From NCBI GenBank assembly GCA_963848445.1, contig CAWKDT010000005.1, positions 7,969 to 71,968 on the forward strand: a DNA stretch of 64,000 bases, in the 5' to 3' direction. Below the pieces are notes generated by a model. It was not told where the DNA came from. It made no database searches and saw only the letters and a list, made by a program, of their open reading frames with translations. Of the stretch, positions 20,753 through 34,465 are shown piece after piece. A program made the translations under genes and the position numbers. Position 1 is the first letter of the stretch, and every line of letters starts with the position of its first letter. Source of the stretch: Candidatus Dormiibacterota bacterium. GTDB lineage: Bacteria > Chloroflexota > Dormibacteria > Aeolococcales > Aeolococcaceae.

Positions 20753-22605
20753 GCCTTCCCCTTCGCGACCTTCGTGGGCCTCGCCGGCCTCCCGGCCTTC
20801 GCGGCGGCGGGCGCCGCGGCGGTGAGATATCCCTTGGGGAGCTTGGCCGCGTCGTAGAAGCGGCTGCGCTCGAGGAGCGGGCGGAGGCGCTCGGGGAGCG
20901 GATCGAGGGGAACGCTCGCCACCCGCATCGTGTCGCCGTCGCGACGAGCCACGAAGTTGATCTTGCCGAACTCGACCTCCTGCTCGAGGTGGTCAAACCG
21001 CCACTGCGAGCCGCGGCTCTCGCGGCGCTCGATGGCGCTGCGCACGATCGCCTCGGAGATGACCAGCATGTTGGTGATGTCACGGCACGTGTGCCATCCC
21101 GGGTTGAGCGTCCGGCCACCGCCGACGCGGATCCTGGTGCTCCGATCGCGCAGATCCAGGATCCCCGAAAGCGCGCGCTCGAGCAACTCCTCGCTGCGAC
21201 CGATCCCGGCGTCGTCCTGCATCACGCCCTGCAGCTCCTCGTGCAGCTTGTACGGGTTCTCTCCCGCCGACGCGCCGTCTCCGTCGCCGCCGAGCGGCCT
21301 GAGGAGGTCGTGCTGCTCTGCGGCGATCTTCGCCTCGTCGAGGCTGCGCGCCGCCCCGCCGGCGCGGGCGAACTCCGCGGCTGCCTCTCCCGCGCGCCGG
21401 CCGAAGACGAGGATGTCGCCGAGGGAGTTGCCGCCGAGGCGGTTGGCCCCGTGGAGGCCGCCGGCTGCTTCACCAGCCGCGTACAGGCCCGGCACCGTGG
21501 TCGCCGCCGTCTCCGCGTCCACGCGCACGCCGCCCATCGTGTAATGGATCGTGGGGCCGACCTCCATGGGCTGCCTCGTGATGTCGATCGACGCCAGGGC
21601 GTGGAACTGCTCGTACATCGACGGCAGCTTCCGCTTCACGTAATCGGCGCCGAGATGGCGCACGTCCAGGTACGCGCCGCCGTGGGGTGTCCCACGTCCG
21701 GCCTGCACCTCCTTGTAGATGGAGCGCGCCACGACGTCACGCGACGACAGCTCCTTCTTGACGGGGTCGTAGTCGAGCATGAAGCGCGAGCCCTCGCTGT
21801 TGTAGAGGAGGCCTCCCTCACCGCGCACCGCCTCGGTGACGAGGATGCCGCGCGCTCCGGGCGGCCAGATCATCCCCGTGGGATGGAACTGGACGAACTC
21901 CATGTCGAGCAGGTCGGCGCCGGCCTCGTACGCCATGGCGGCGCCGTCGCCCGAGCATTCCCACGAGTTCGACGTGAACCGGTACATCCGCCCCCACCCG
22001 CCGCTGGCGAGCACGACCGCGCCGGCCTTGAAGGCGACGAACCGTCCGGTGTTGCGGTCGTATCCGAACGCGCCGCACACCCGATCGCCGGACTTGAGCA
22101 GGGCTGACAGCGTGTACTCCATGCACACGTCGACACCCGGGGTGTGCACCATCCTGTCCTGGCACGTGCGGATCAGCTCGAGCCCGGTGCGGTCGCCCAC
22201 GTGCGCGAGCCGCTTCCACGAGTGCGCGCCGAACGCGCGCTGCATGATGCGCCCGTCATCGGTGCGATCGAAGATGCCGCCCCAGCGCTCGAGCTCGAGC
22301 ACGCGATCGATGACCTCGTGCGCGTAGAGCTCGACCATCCGCCAGTTGTTGAGCAGCTGCCCGCCGAGCATCGTGTCGGCGAAGTGCACCTCCCAGCTGT
22401 CCTCGGGATCGACATTGCCGATGCCCGCGGCGATGCCGCCTTCCGCCATCACCGTGTGCGCCTTGCCCAGCAGCGACTTGGTCACCACGGTCACGGCGCA
22501 GCCCGCCTCCGCCGCGGCGATCGCCGCGCGCATGCCGGCACCGCCGGCGCCGACCACGAGGACGTCGCATTCGATGATGTCGTAGGGCTCGGGAGTCGCT
22601 GCCAT
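20749..22605 (-). CDS. sdhA: Succinate dehydrogenase/fumarate reductase flavoprotein subunit
   Basis: GAGGAG, AHTVMAEGG (covalent-FAD His), QFHPTG, EAVRGEGG, HYTMGG, HGANRLGGNSL and ESRG. Confidence 0.95.
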   Translation of the reverse strand: MAATPEPYDIIECDVLVVGAGGAGMRAAIAAAEAGCAVTVVTKSLLGKAHTVMAEGGIAAGIGNVDPEDSWEVHFADTMLGGQLLNNWRMVELYAHEVIDRVLELERWGGIFDRTDDGRIMQRAFGAHSWKRLAHVGDRTGLELIRTCQDRMVHTPGVDVCMEYTLSALLKSGDRVCGAFGYDRNTGRFVAFKAGAVVLASGGWGRMYRFTSNSWECSGDGAAMAYEAGADLLDMEFVQFHPTGMIWPPGARGILVTEAVRGEGGLLYNSEGSRFMLDYDPVKKELSSRDVVARSIYKEVQAGRGTPHGGAYLDVRHLGADYVKRKLPSMYEQFHALASIDITRQPMEVGPTIHYTMGGVRVDAETAATTVPGLYAAGEAAGGLHGANRLGGNSLGDILVFGRRAGEAAAEFARAGGAARSLDEAKIAAEQHDLLRPLGGDGDGASAGENPYKLHEELQGVMQDDAGIGRSEELLERALSGILDLRDRSTRIRVGGGRTLNPGWHTCRDITNMLVISEAIVRSAIERRESRGSQWRFDHLEQEVEFGKINFVARRDGDTMRVASVPLDPLPERLRPLLERSRFYDAAKLPKGYLTAAAPAAAKAGRPARPTKVAKGKA

Positions 22606-22607
22606 GG

Positions 22608-23399
22608 TCAGAAGACGATGTGCGGGTCGATGAACGCCCCGGCGCGCAGCAGGTGGATGTACACGTCGGTGATGACCACGCTGAACATGCTGCACCACGC
22701 CCAGAGCGGATGCCGCTGGTTGAGGATGGTGACCCAGCGCCACGCGCGGTAGCGGGCCTCTCCCATCGCCGACTTCGAATAGCAGTCGAGACCGCCGCCC
22801 ACCAGATGGCGCCACGCGTGGCACCCGAACGTGTACCCGCTGAGCAGGATGACGTTAACGAGCATGATCCCGGTGCCGAGCCCGAGCTGCACGTGGCCGT
22901 TCGGCGCCCAGAACGCGAGGTACACGTCGTACCACAGGAATCCGGTGACGATCAGCACCAGGTAGAAGAGGAACCGGTGCAGGTTGTTGAGGAACAGCGG
23001 GAAGGCGGTCTCACCGCGGTACTTGCGATGGCGCAGCTCGCCGATCGCGCAGGACGGCGGATCCCAGAAGAAGGAGCGGTAGTACGCCTTGCGGTAGTAG
23101 TAGCAGGTGGCCCGGAAGAGCAGCGGCGAGCCGAGCACCCACAGGGCGGGGCTGACTGGACCGGTGCTCCAGATCGTCGGGGAATAGAACGGCGAGAGGT
23201 AGGGCCCGCTCTGGTTGATCCCGCCGGTGAGGAACGCCGTCCAGATCGAGTAGAGGCCGAACGCCCCGAGCACCGCGACGACCGTGGCCGGGAGCAGCCA
23301 CCAGGGAGCGGCGTCGAGGATGCGCTGCATGCGCCCGGGGCCGATGTGCGGGGCGACGGCGAGCGAGGCGGGTGATACCCGGGTGACCTGCGTGGACAA
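22608..23399 (-). CDS. Type-F succinate dehydrogenase membrane anchor (Rv0249c-like)
   Basis: YLSPFYSP, FRATCYYYRKAYYRSF, NNLHR, YTFGCHAWRH and WAWCSMFSV..TDVY; about 5 TM segments; first gene of the sdh operon. Confidence 0.85.
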   Translation of the reverse strand: MSTQVTRVSPASLAVAPHIGPGRMQRILDAAPWWLLPATVVAVLGAFGLYSIWTAFLTGGINQSGPYLSPFYSPTIWSTGPVSPALWVLGSPLLFRATCYYYRKAYYRSFFWDPPSCAIGELRHRKYRGETAFPLFLNNLHRFLFYLVLIVTGFLWYDVYLAFWAPNGHVQLGLGTGIMLVNVILLSGYTFGCHAWRHLVGGGLDCYSKSAMGEARYRAWRWVTILNQRHPLWAWCSMFSVVITDVYIHLLRAGAFIDPHIVF

Positions 23400-23587
23400 G
23401 CGGGGACCATCCTAGCGTCACGCGTTGCGCACGCGACCTCGCCTCGCGCGCCAGGCGGTCCCGGGACGGGAGTGCGATAGGGTTGGCCGCTCAGCCAAGA
23501 CCAATCGACCGCGTCCACCGCAAGCCGCAACACGGCGCTTGAACGGTCACCCAGGCCATGTCACGCTATGCAGGTATCGGCGAACAG

Positions 23588-28081
<4,494 letters not shown>

Positions 28082-28084
28082 GCG

Positions 28085-29512
28085 TTGGCACGCACCGGGT
28101 TTCTCGAGCATGCGCGCCACACGGCGCCGAAGCGGCCCGTCGCGGAACGCGTGCGCGACTACCTCGAGGTGTACCTTCCGCTGCCGGTCAACGTCCTGCA
28201 CGATCAGGGGTCGCGATGCATGGACTGCGGAGTCGCGTTCTGCCATCACGGATGCCCGCTCGGCAACCTCATCCCGGAGTGGAACGACCTCGTCGCCCAC
28301 GACGACTGGGAGGCCGCGATCCAGCGCCTCCACGCCACCAACAACTTCCCCGAGTTCACCGGACGCCTCTGCCCCGCTCCGTGCGAGCCCGCGTGCGTCC
28401 TCGCGATCAACGACGACCCCGTGGCGATCAAGCAGATCGAGCAGTCGATCGTGGATCGCGCGTTCGACGAGGGCTGGATCCGCGCGGAGCCGCCGGCGCA
28501 CCGGACCGGCAGGCGGGTGGCGGTGATCGGCTCGGGCCCGGCCGGCCTCGCGGCGGCACAGCAGCTCAACCGCGCCGGGCACCACGTGACGGTGTTCGAG
28601 CGGTCCGACCAGGTCGGCGGCCTGCTCCGGTACGGGATCCCCGACTTCAAGATGGAGAAGTGGGTGCTCGACCGCCGGATCGAGCTGCTCGAGACCGAGG
28701 GCATCACCTTCGAGACGGGCTACGACATCGGCGTCGATCTGACGGTGGAGCAGCTGCGCGAGCGTTTCGATGCCGTGGTCCTCTGTGTCGGCGCCGACCG
28801 CGCCCGGGACATCGAAGTGCCGGGGCGTCACCTGGGCGGGGTTCATCTGGCGATGGACTACCTGGTGCAGCAGAACCGGCGCGTGGCCGGTGCCCGCGTC
28901 CTCGCGCCCGAGATCAGCGCCGGCGGCCGGCACGTGGTGATCATCGGCGGCGGTGATACGGGCGCCGACTGTCTCGGCAACGTCATCCGTGAGCGGTGCG
29001 CCGGCGTCCGCCAGCTGTACATCTACCCGCAGCCACCGGACACGCGTCCCGACGGCAACCCGTGGCCGCAGTGGCCGCTCATCCTGCGCACCTACCCCGC
29101 CCACGATGAGGGGGGCTCGCGCGAGTTCGGGCTCATGGTCACCCGGTTCGAAGGTGATGGCGGCGCCGTCAAGCACGTGCGCGCTCGCCGCGTCGAGGTG
29201 CGCACCGAGAACGGGAGGCGCACCTTCGAGCCCGTCCCGGGTGACGACGTCGCCTTCGATGCCGACCTCGTGCTGATCGCGATCGGCTATGACGGGCCGG
29301 TCCGCTCGCCGCTGCTCGAGGGGTTGTCGATCGAGCTCGACCGCCGCGGCAACGTCGGCGTGGACGAGGCGTTCGCCAGCTCCGCACCGGGCGTCTTCGC
29401 CGCCGGTGACGCGGTCCGTGGCGCATCCCTGATCGTGTGGGCGATCGCCGACGGCCGAGCCGCCGCGCGCAGCTGCGATCAATACCTCATGGGGATCGCG
29501 CGGCTACCCTGA
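28085..29512 (+). CDS. gltD: Glutamate synthase small subunit
   Basis: RCMDCGVAFCHHGCP, TNNFPEFTGRLCPAPCE, GSGPAG, GGGDTGADC and RGASLIVWAI. Confidence 0.96.
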   Translation: MARTGFLEHARHTAPKRPVAERVRDYLEVYLPLPVNVLHDQGSRCMDCGVAFCHHGCPLGNLIPEWNDLVAHDDWEAAIQRLHATNNFPEFTGRLCPAPCEPACVLAINDDPVAIKQIEQSIVDRAFDEGWIRAEPPAHRTGRRVAVIGSGPAGLAAAQQLNRAGHHVTVFERSDQVGGLLRYGIPDFKMEKWVLDRRIELLETEGITFETGYDIGVDLTVEQLRERFDAVVLCVGADRARDIEVPGRHLGGVHLAMDYLVQQNRRVAGARVLAPEISAGGRHVVIIGGGDTGADCLGNVIRERCAGVRQLYIYPQPPDTRPDGNPWPQWPLILRTYPAHDEGGSREFGLMVTRFEGDGGAVKHVRARRVEVRTENGRRTFEPVPGDDVAFDADLVLIAIGYDGPVRSPLLEGLSIELDRRGNVGVDEAFASSAPGVFAAGDAVRGASLIVWAIADGRAAARSCDQYLMGIARLP

Positions 29513-29523
29513 ACGCACATCCG

Positions 29524-30318
29524 ATGGTGCAGCGCTCATTTCTCGATGCGGCAACCACGATCGCGTTCGCCCATCGTGGTGGCGCCGGGGAGGCGCCGGA
29601 GAACACCATGCCCGCCTTCGAGGCCGCCGTGGCGATGGGATACCGGTTCCTCGAGACCGACGTCCAGGTGACCAGCGACGGCGTGCTGCTCGCATTCCAC
29701 GACAGCAGGCTCGAGCGCCTGACTGACCGCGCGGGGAGGGTCATCGACTTCACGCGCGATGAGATCCGGGATGCGGACGCCGGGTACGCCTTCAGCCCCG
29801 ACGGCGGCGCGACCCACCCGTTCCGCGGCGTCGGCATCGGCATCCCGACCCTCGAGGAGCTGCTCACCCGGTGGGACGACGTCTACGTCAACATCGACGC
29901 CAAGGCGGATGCGACCGTGGCCCCGCTCGTCGCGCTCATCCGCAGGCTCGACGCGTTCGGCAGGGTGTGCATCGGGTCCTTCTCCGACAGGCGGGTCGCA
30001 CGCATCCGCGCGCTCGCCCAGGGCCGGATCTGCTCGTCGATGGGCCAGGCGGCGACCGCCATGGCGTTCGCCGCGTCGCGGAGCGGCCGGATGCCTCGCC
30101 TGCACGCCGACTGCCTGCAGGTGCCGCGCCGGTGGGGCCGGCTTCGCGTCGACCGTCGCTTCGTCGACGCCGCGCACCGTGCCGGGCTGCGCGTGCACGT
30201 GTGGACCGTGGACGACGAAGCGGAGATGGAGCACCTCCTCGACCTCGGCGTCGACGGGCTCATGACCGACCGCCCGCGCGTGCTCAAGCAGGTCTTCGAG
30301 GCTCGCGGGCTGTGGTGA
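29524..30318 (+). CDS. Glycerophosphodiester phosphodiesterase
   Basis: AHRGG..PENT, ETDV, HD..L.RLT, VHVWTVD and GVDGLMTDRP. Confidence 0.92.
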   Translation: MVQRSFLDAATTIAFAHRGGAGEAPENTMPAFEAAVAMGYRFLETDVQVTSDGVLLAFHDSRLERLTDRAGRVIDFTRDEIRDADAGYAFSPDGGATHPFRGVGIGIPTLEELLTRWDDVYVNIDAKADATVAPLVALIRRLDAFGRVCIGSFSDRRVARIRALAQGRICSSMGQAATAMAFAASRSGRMPRLHADCLQVPRRWGRLRVDRRFVDAAHRAGLRVHVWTVDDEAEMEHLLDLGVDGLMTDRPRVLKQVFEARGLW

Positions 30319-30345
30319 CCTCGGCCGCGCGCTATGGTGGCGCCG

Positions 30346-32145
30346 ATGCTGCAGTCTGATCCCGGGGTTCGGTACATCCCGCCTCCCGATCGCGCCGACT
30401 GGTACGCGCCGGACGAGCATCTCCGATGGTTGACGAGGCGGACCGTCGGCGAATCCGCGTGGCCCGTGGCCGACGCGGCGCTCGTCGAGCTGGGGACGAT
30501 GGTGCCGCAGGTCATCGAGCCGCTCGCACGCACCGCCGACCGAAACCCCCCGGTGCTGCGCTCGTACAACGGGCGCGGGGAGCGCGTCGACGAGATCGAG
30601 TTCCACCCTGCGTACCGGGAGCTGGAGCGCACCGTGCTCGGCTTCGGCGCCGTACGGGCGGCGTACAGATCGGGATGGCACGGGTTGCCGGACCGCGCAC
30701 CGCGCACGCTGATCACCGCAATGCTGTACACGATCCTCGAGTCCGATCAGGCGATCACGGGCTGCCCCATCGGGATGATGGACGCTGCGGCGCGATGCCT
30801 CGAGCGCAACGACCCGGTGCTCGCCGCGCGATTCGTCCCGGGCATCGCCGACGACACCGGGAACCACACCACCGTCGCGATGTTCCTCACCGAGAAGGCC
30901 GGTGGCTCCGATGTCGGCGCCAATGAGAGCGTCGCAATGCGCGCCGTCGACGGCACCTGGCGCCTCACCGGCGAGAAGTGGTTCGCCAGCTGCGCGCACA
31001 GCGACCTGATCCTCGTGCTCGCGCGGCCCGAGGGAGCGCCGCCGGGTCCGCGCGGCCTCGGCCTGTTCCTCATGCCGCGCCTGCTCGACGACGGCACGCG
31101 CAACAGCTTCGTCATCCACCGTCTCAAGGAGAAGTTCGGGACCCGCGCGATGGCGTCCGGTGAGGTCGGGCTTCGCGGGGCCTTCGCGTGGCAGGTCGGG
31201 TCGCTCGAGCGCGGCCTGCCCCAGATGATGGACATGGTCAACGCGACTCGCATCGGTATCGCGACCGCCACCGCGGGCGCGATGCGGCGAAGCGCCTTCG
31301 AGGCCCTGACGCACACTCGCGGGAGGTCGACGTTCGGGCGGCGTCTCGATCTGCATCCGCTGATGCGCGACACGCTTGCCGAGCTGGTCGTGGACTCCGT
31401 GGCCGGACTCACCGCGGCGATGGGGGTCGCGGAGCTCTCCGATCGCGCTGATAACGGTGATCAGGAAGCGGCCGCGGCGTTGCGCCTGCTCACGCCCCTC
31501 TTCAAGATGCACGGGACCGAACGCGCGCGCATCTGCGCGACGGAGGCGATGGAGGTGCGCGGCGGCAACGGGTTCATCGAGGACTGGCCCGAGGCCCGCA
31601 TGCTTCGTGACGTCTACGTGCACGCCATCTGGGAGGGCTCGGGCAACGTCATCGCGCTCGACGTGCAGCGAGCGATGGAACATGGCGCGCTTCCCGGGTA
31701 CCTCGGTGACACCGAACGGCGTGCGGAGACGGTGTCAGCCGGCGGCCCGTGCGCGCCGCTCGGCGGAGTCGTCATCGACGAGTTGCAGCGCATCGAGGGC
31801 CGGTTGCGGGCGCTCTCCACCATCGAGGATCCGGACTCCCGCCAGCTCCCGCTGCGCCGTATCGCACGCCGGATGGCCACGCTCGCGATCGGTGCGCGGT
31901 TGGCCGAGCAGGCGAATCAGTTCGCCGAGGACACGGGCAGCGGGCGGCTCGGGTGGATCGCCGCTCGCTATCTCTGCCGCATCGGCGGAGAGCCCGCGCT
32001 CGCGGCGATCGCTGATGACGGCTCGTGGCTGCCGCACGCCGATGCGCTGCTGCATGGCGGCGATGTGCCGGTTGCGCTGGCGGCGACCGCGGCGCAACGC
32101 GCCGTGTCAGCGCTGCAGCAATCCGAGGCCTTGATCACCGCCTGA
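30346..32145 (+). CDS. Acyl-CoA dehydrogenase (AidB-like)
   Basis: CPIGM, MFLTEKAGGSDV, GEKWFAS, RLKEKFGTRAMASGE, GGNGFIED and IWEGSGNV. Confidence 0.9.
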   Translation: MLQSDPGVRYIPPPDRADWYAPDEHLRWLTRRTVGESAWPVADAALVELGTMVPQVIEPLARTADRNPPVLRSYNGRGERVDEIEFHPAYRELERTVLGFGAVRAAYRSGWHGLPDRAPRTLITAMLYTILESDQAITGCPIGMMDAAARCLERNDPVLAARFVPGIADDTGNHTTVAMFLTEKAGGSDVGANESVAMRAVDGTWRLTGEKWFASCAHSDLILVLARPEGAPPGPRGLGLFLMPRLLDDGTRNSFVIHRLKEKFGTRAMASGEVGLRGAFAWQVGSLERGLPQMMDMVNATRIGIATATAGAMRRSAFEALTHTRGRSTFGRRLDLHPLMRDTLAELVVDSVAGLTAAMGVAELSDRADNGDQEAAAALRLLTPLFKMHGTERARICATEAMEVRGGNGFIEDWPEARMLRDVYVHAIWEGSGNVIALDVQRAMEHGALPGYLGDTERRAETVSAGGPCAPLGGVVIDELQRIEGRLRALSTIEDPDSRQLPLRRIARRMATLAIGARLAEQANQFAEDTGSGRLGWIAARYLCRIGGEPALAAIADDGSWLPHADALLHGGDVPVALAATAAQRAVSALQQSEALITA

Positions 32146-32251
32146 GAGTGCCGTTGAGTTGAGGCGGGGGCGGACCGTTTCAGTAACTCCCCAACGGGCG
32201 CGCCTGTTACATCTTCGGGCCCCTTGACCCGCCCACGCGAAGGATGTGGCG

Positions 32252-33532
32252 ATGAAGATTGGTGCTGCGATCGTGGCCGTTGGCGCCGTTGCCCTCCTGA
32301 CTGGATGCTCGTCACCACCCCAGACGTTGACACCCCATTCGACGACAACGCCCACCACGCCGTCATACCCGCCGCCGACGCCCGCTGGGACCGGGGCGCC
32401 CGATGGTGCCGGCAGTGTCCTCGTGTTCTCCATGAGCTCGCCCACAACAGATATCACCACGTTCGTTCGCCTGAACGGCACCACGCTCAAGACGATCTCA
32501 AGCCGGGATACCGACAGCACCTTCTCGACACCGATATCAGACCGCGACAACTACATCGGGTATTCCTCCGCCTTGTTGACGAGCAATGAGCTGTACCCGT
32601 CCGATGGAGCAGTCGCGGTGACCAACGACTGGGCGCTCCTGGCCAAGGACGGTAGCGTCCAACAGCTTCCGGCGGCGAGTATCCAGTTCTTGAACCAGTC
32701 GAGGCACGTGGACACCACACCCTTTGACCCCGGCATCTTCGTCACCGAGACAGGCAGCCTCTTCGTCGCCGTCGAGTCCCCTTCGGGCGTCGCGCACTAC
32801 GATCAGGTTGACCTGACGAGTGGTCAGGTCACAACGCTGTTCACCGTGCGCTCCTTGACGGCTCAAGGATCCGCGTCCCCACCTGAACTCTTCTCGCCGC
32901 AGAACCTCACGCCATCAGGCGACAGGATCTCCTTCCTTGCCGCGAACGTGAGCCTGACCAATCAGAACATCAACGGGCTCGCGGTGGTGACGTATGACGT
33001 CGCTGCTGCGACCATGTCGATCCGGCATCTGTCGTCATCGATAGCCAAGGCCATCCTTCCATCACCCACCGTGTCTGCGTTCGCGTTGAGCGCATTTGTG
33101 TCGGCCGACGGCAGTCTGCTCGTGTACCAGACCGCCTCTGTCGTCGACGGCAGCCAGGTCTTTGTCACGCATATCTATCACATTGCGACTGGACGGGATG
33201 TGATCCTTCCGGGGAGCGCTGGAGTCGCCTTCGGTGGGGGCGCCAACCCCGTAATCTTCTCGCCGGACAACGCCTTCGCCGCCATGGCCGGCGGCAACCG
33301 GCTCATCGTCGCGGCGACGTCAACCGGCGCGATCGTCAAAACAGTCGACGTGCCCGCGTCCGGCGGCCCGAGCATCGTCCCATTGGGGTGGACGTCCAGC
33401 GCTGCACTGGTGTATGTCACCGTCTCCTCGTCGGGACTTGAAGGCGAGTCAGCCCATTCCGTTGATCCGGCGACCGGTATGGACTTCGCCTATCCCACGG
33501 ATCTCGGTGAGCTCATCGCCGTGCTCTACTGA
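32252..33532 (+). CDS. Hypothetical lipoprotein, probable beta-propeller
   Basis: Lipobox MKIGAAIVAVGAVALLTG|C, a Pro/Thr linker, and TolB-like blade motifs (PSGDRISF, SADGSLLVY, FSPDN, GWTSS). Codons look more A/T-rich than the flanks. Confidence 0.75.
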   Translation: MKIGAAIVAVGAVALLTGCSSPPQTLTPHSTTTPTTPSYPPPTPAGTGAPDGAGSVLVFSMSSPTTDITTFVRLNGTTLKTISSRDTDSTFSTPISDRDNYIGYSSALLTSNELYPSDGAVAVTNDWALLAKDGSVQQLPAASIQFLNQSRHVDTTPFDPGIFVTETGSLFVAVESPSGVAHYDQVDLTSGQVTTLFTVRSLTAQGSASPPELFSPQNLTPSGDRISFLAANVSLTNQNINGLAVVTYDVAAATMSIRHLSSSIAKAILPSPTVSAFALSAFVSADGSLLVYQTASVVDGSQVFVTHIYHIATGRDVILPGSAGVAFGGGANPVIFSPDNAFAAMAGGNRLIVAATSTGAIVKTVDVPASGGPSIVPLGWTSSAALVYVTVSSSGLEGESAHSVDPATGMDFAYPTDLGELIAVLY

Positions 33533-33563
33533 GCATGTGCTCACTGGGCGAGGAGCCCGCATC

Positions 33564-34406
33564 CTACCGCGACATCGTCGGCGTTCCGTCCTCGGCGATA
33601 TCGAGCTCAACCTGATCGGCCTTCTCGCTCGGGCCGCCAGGATCAACGGTGATGCTCGCGGTGACGTGACCCGGCTCGGCCTCCAGTGTGAGGTAGTGCG
33701 GTCGCGGTTGGCCCGCCGTCAGGCCGGTCGTCAGGTCATAGAGCTGTGCGGTCCTGGACAAGGTGCCGATCAGCTTGCCGCTCACGTTCAAACCGGCCGG
33801 CACGTCGCGATCGCATTGCAGGTCGTAGTGAACCCGGTACAGCACGCCTTGAACGTGTTCGACGTGCGTGATGGTGACCGTCAGCGCAAACGCCTGGGTC
33901 TCGTCGAATGTCGGCGCGGTCGCAACGTGGCCGGCGACAACTGCGGTGACGCTCTGGCTCGTGGCCACGTTCTGGCTCGTGGTCTTGTCGGTGGCCTGTA
34001 TCCATATGTCCCACGACCCCGGGTCGACCTGAATCGGCCAGTGCCCGTGATGCACCTCGCCAACCGCGATCGCGTCCACCACATCGCCGAGGACGTACGC
34101 GGCTGCTTCGGCGCTGTTCCCCGAAGCGAGCACGTAGAACCCGACCTCCAACCTCCCCACCTCGATGGGGATCGTTCCGTCATTCGTGAGCTCATAGCTC
34201 ACGATGGCGGCCGGCGTGCCGTCAGTGGTCGCATGGACCTCGGCCCTTGGGATGCCGAACGTTGCCTTGATCTCACTGTCCGGGGTCGCGGCCGCGCCCG
34301 AGGCGGACGGAGCGGCGGCAGTTCCCTGCACCGGCTGCCACTGCGTTCCGTCCCACCACCATTGACCATCCTCTGATCGGGGTGCGTCTACCGGTATGGC
34401 CGTCAT
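33564..34406 (-). CDS. Hypothetical protein: N-terminal Trp-rich motif (RSEDGQWWWDGTQWQPV) plus two probable Ig/CARDB-like beta-sandwich domains
   Basis: Strong AGGAG SD; beta-rich alternating pattern; no signal peptide or TM visible. Confidence 0.72.
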   Translation of the reverse strand: MTAIPVDAPRSEDGQWWWDGTQWQPVQGTAAAPSASGAAATPDSEIKATFGIPRAEVHATTDGTPAAIVSYELTNDGTIPIEVGRLEVGFYVLASGNSAEAAAYVLGDVVDAIAVGEVHHGHWPIQVDPGSWDIWIQATDKTTSQNVATSQSVTAVVAGHVATAPTFDETQAFALTVTITHVEHVQGVLYRVHYDLQCDRDVPAGLNVSGKLIGTLSRTAQLYDLTTGLTAGQPRPHYLTLEAEPGHVTASITVDPGGPSEKADQVELDIAEDGTPTMSR

Positions 34407-34439
34407 GGGTGGCTCCTCTCAATACACGTTCGATCAACT

Positions 34440-34465
34440 CAACGCCCGCGCGTCAGGCTTATTCC
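34440..34465 (-). promoter_or_regulatory. Putative ECF sigma (SigE/SigH/SigR-type) promoter GGAAT-N17-GTTG
   Basis: The minus strand reads GGAAT aagcctgacgcgcgggc GTTG, 33 nt upstream of the ATG at 34406. Confidence 0.5.

Larger units (their letters stand above)
32152..34444. repeat. 11-bp perfect inverted repeat (CGTTGAGTTGA 32152-32162 / TCAACTCAACG 34434-34444) bounding two orphan genes
   Basis: Both copies read directly from the sequence; each lies just past the stop codon of the flanking conserved gene. Confidence 0.5.

Noticed and set aside
23400-23587. GlnR-like boxes (two GTCAC, one GCAAC) upstream of gltB
   Set aside because: The spacing does not fit the 11-bp GTnAC-n6-GAAAC periodicity.
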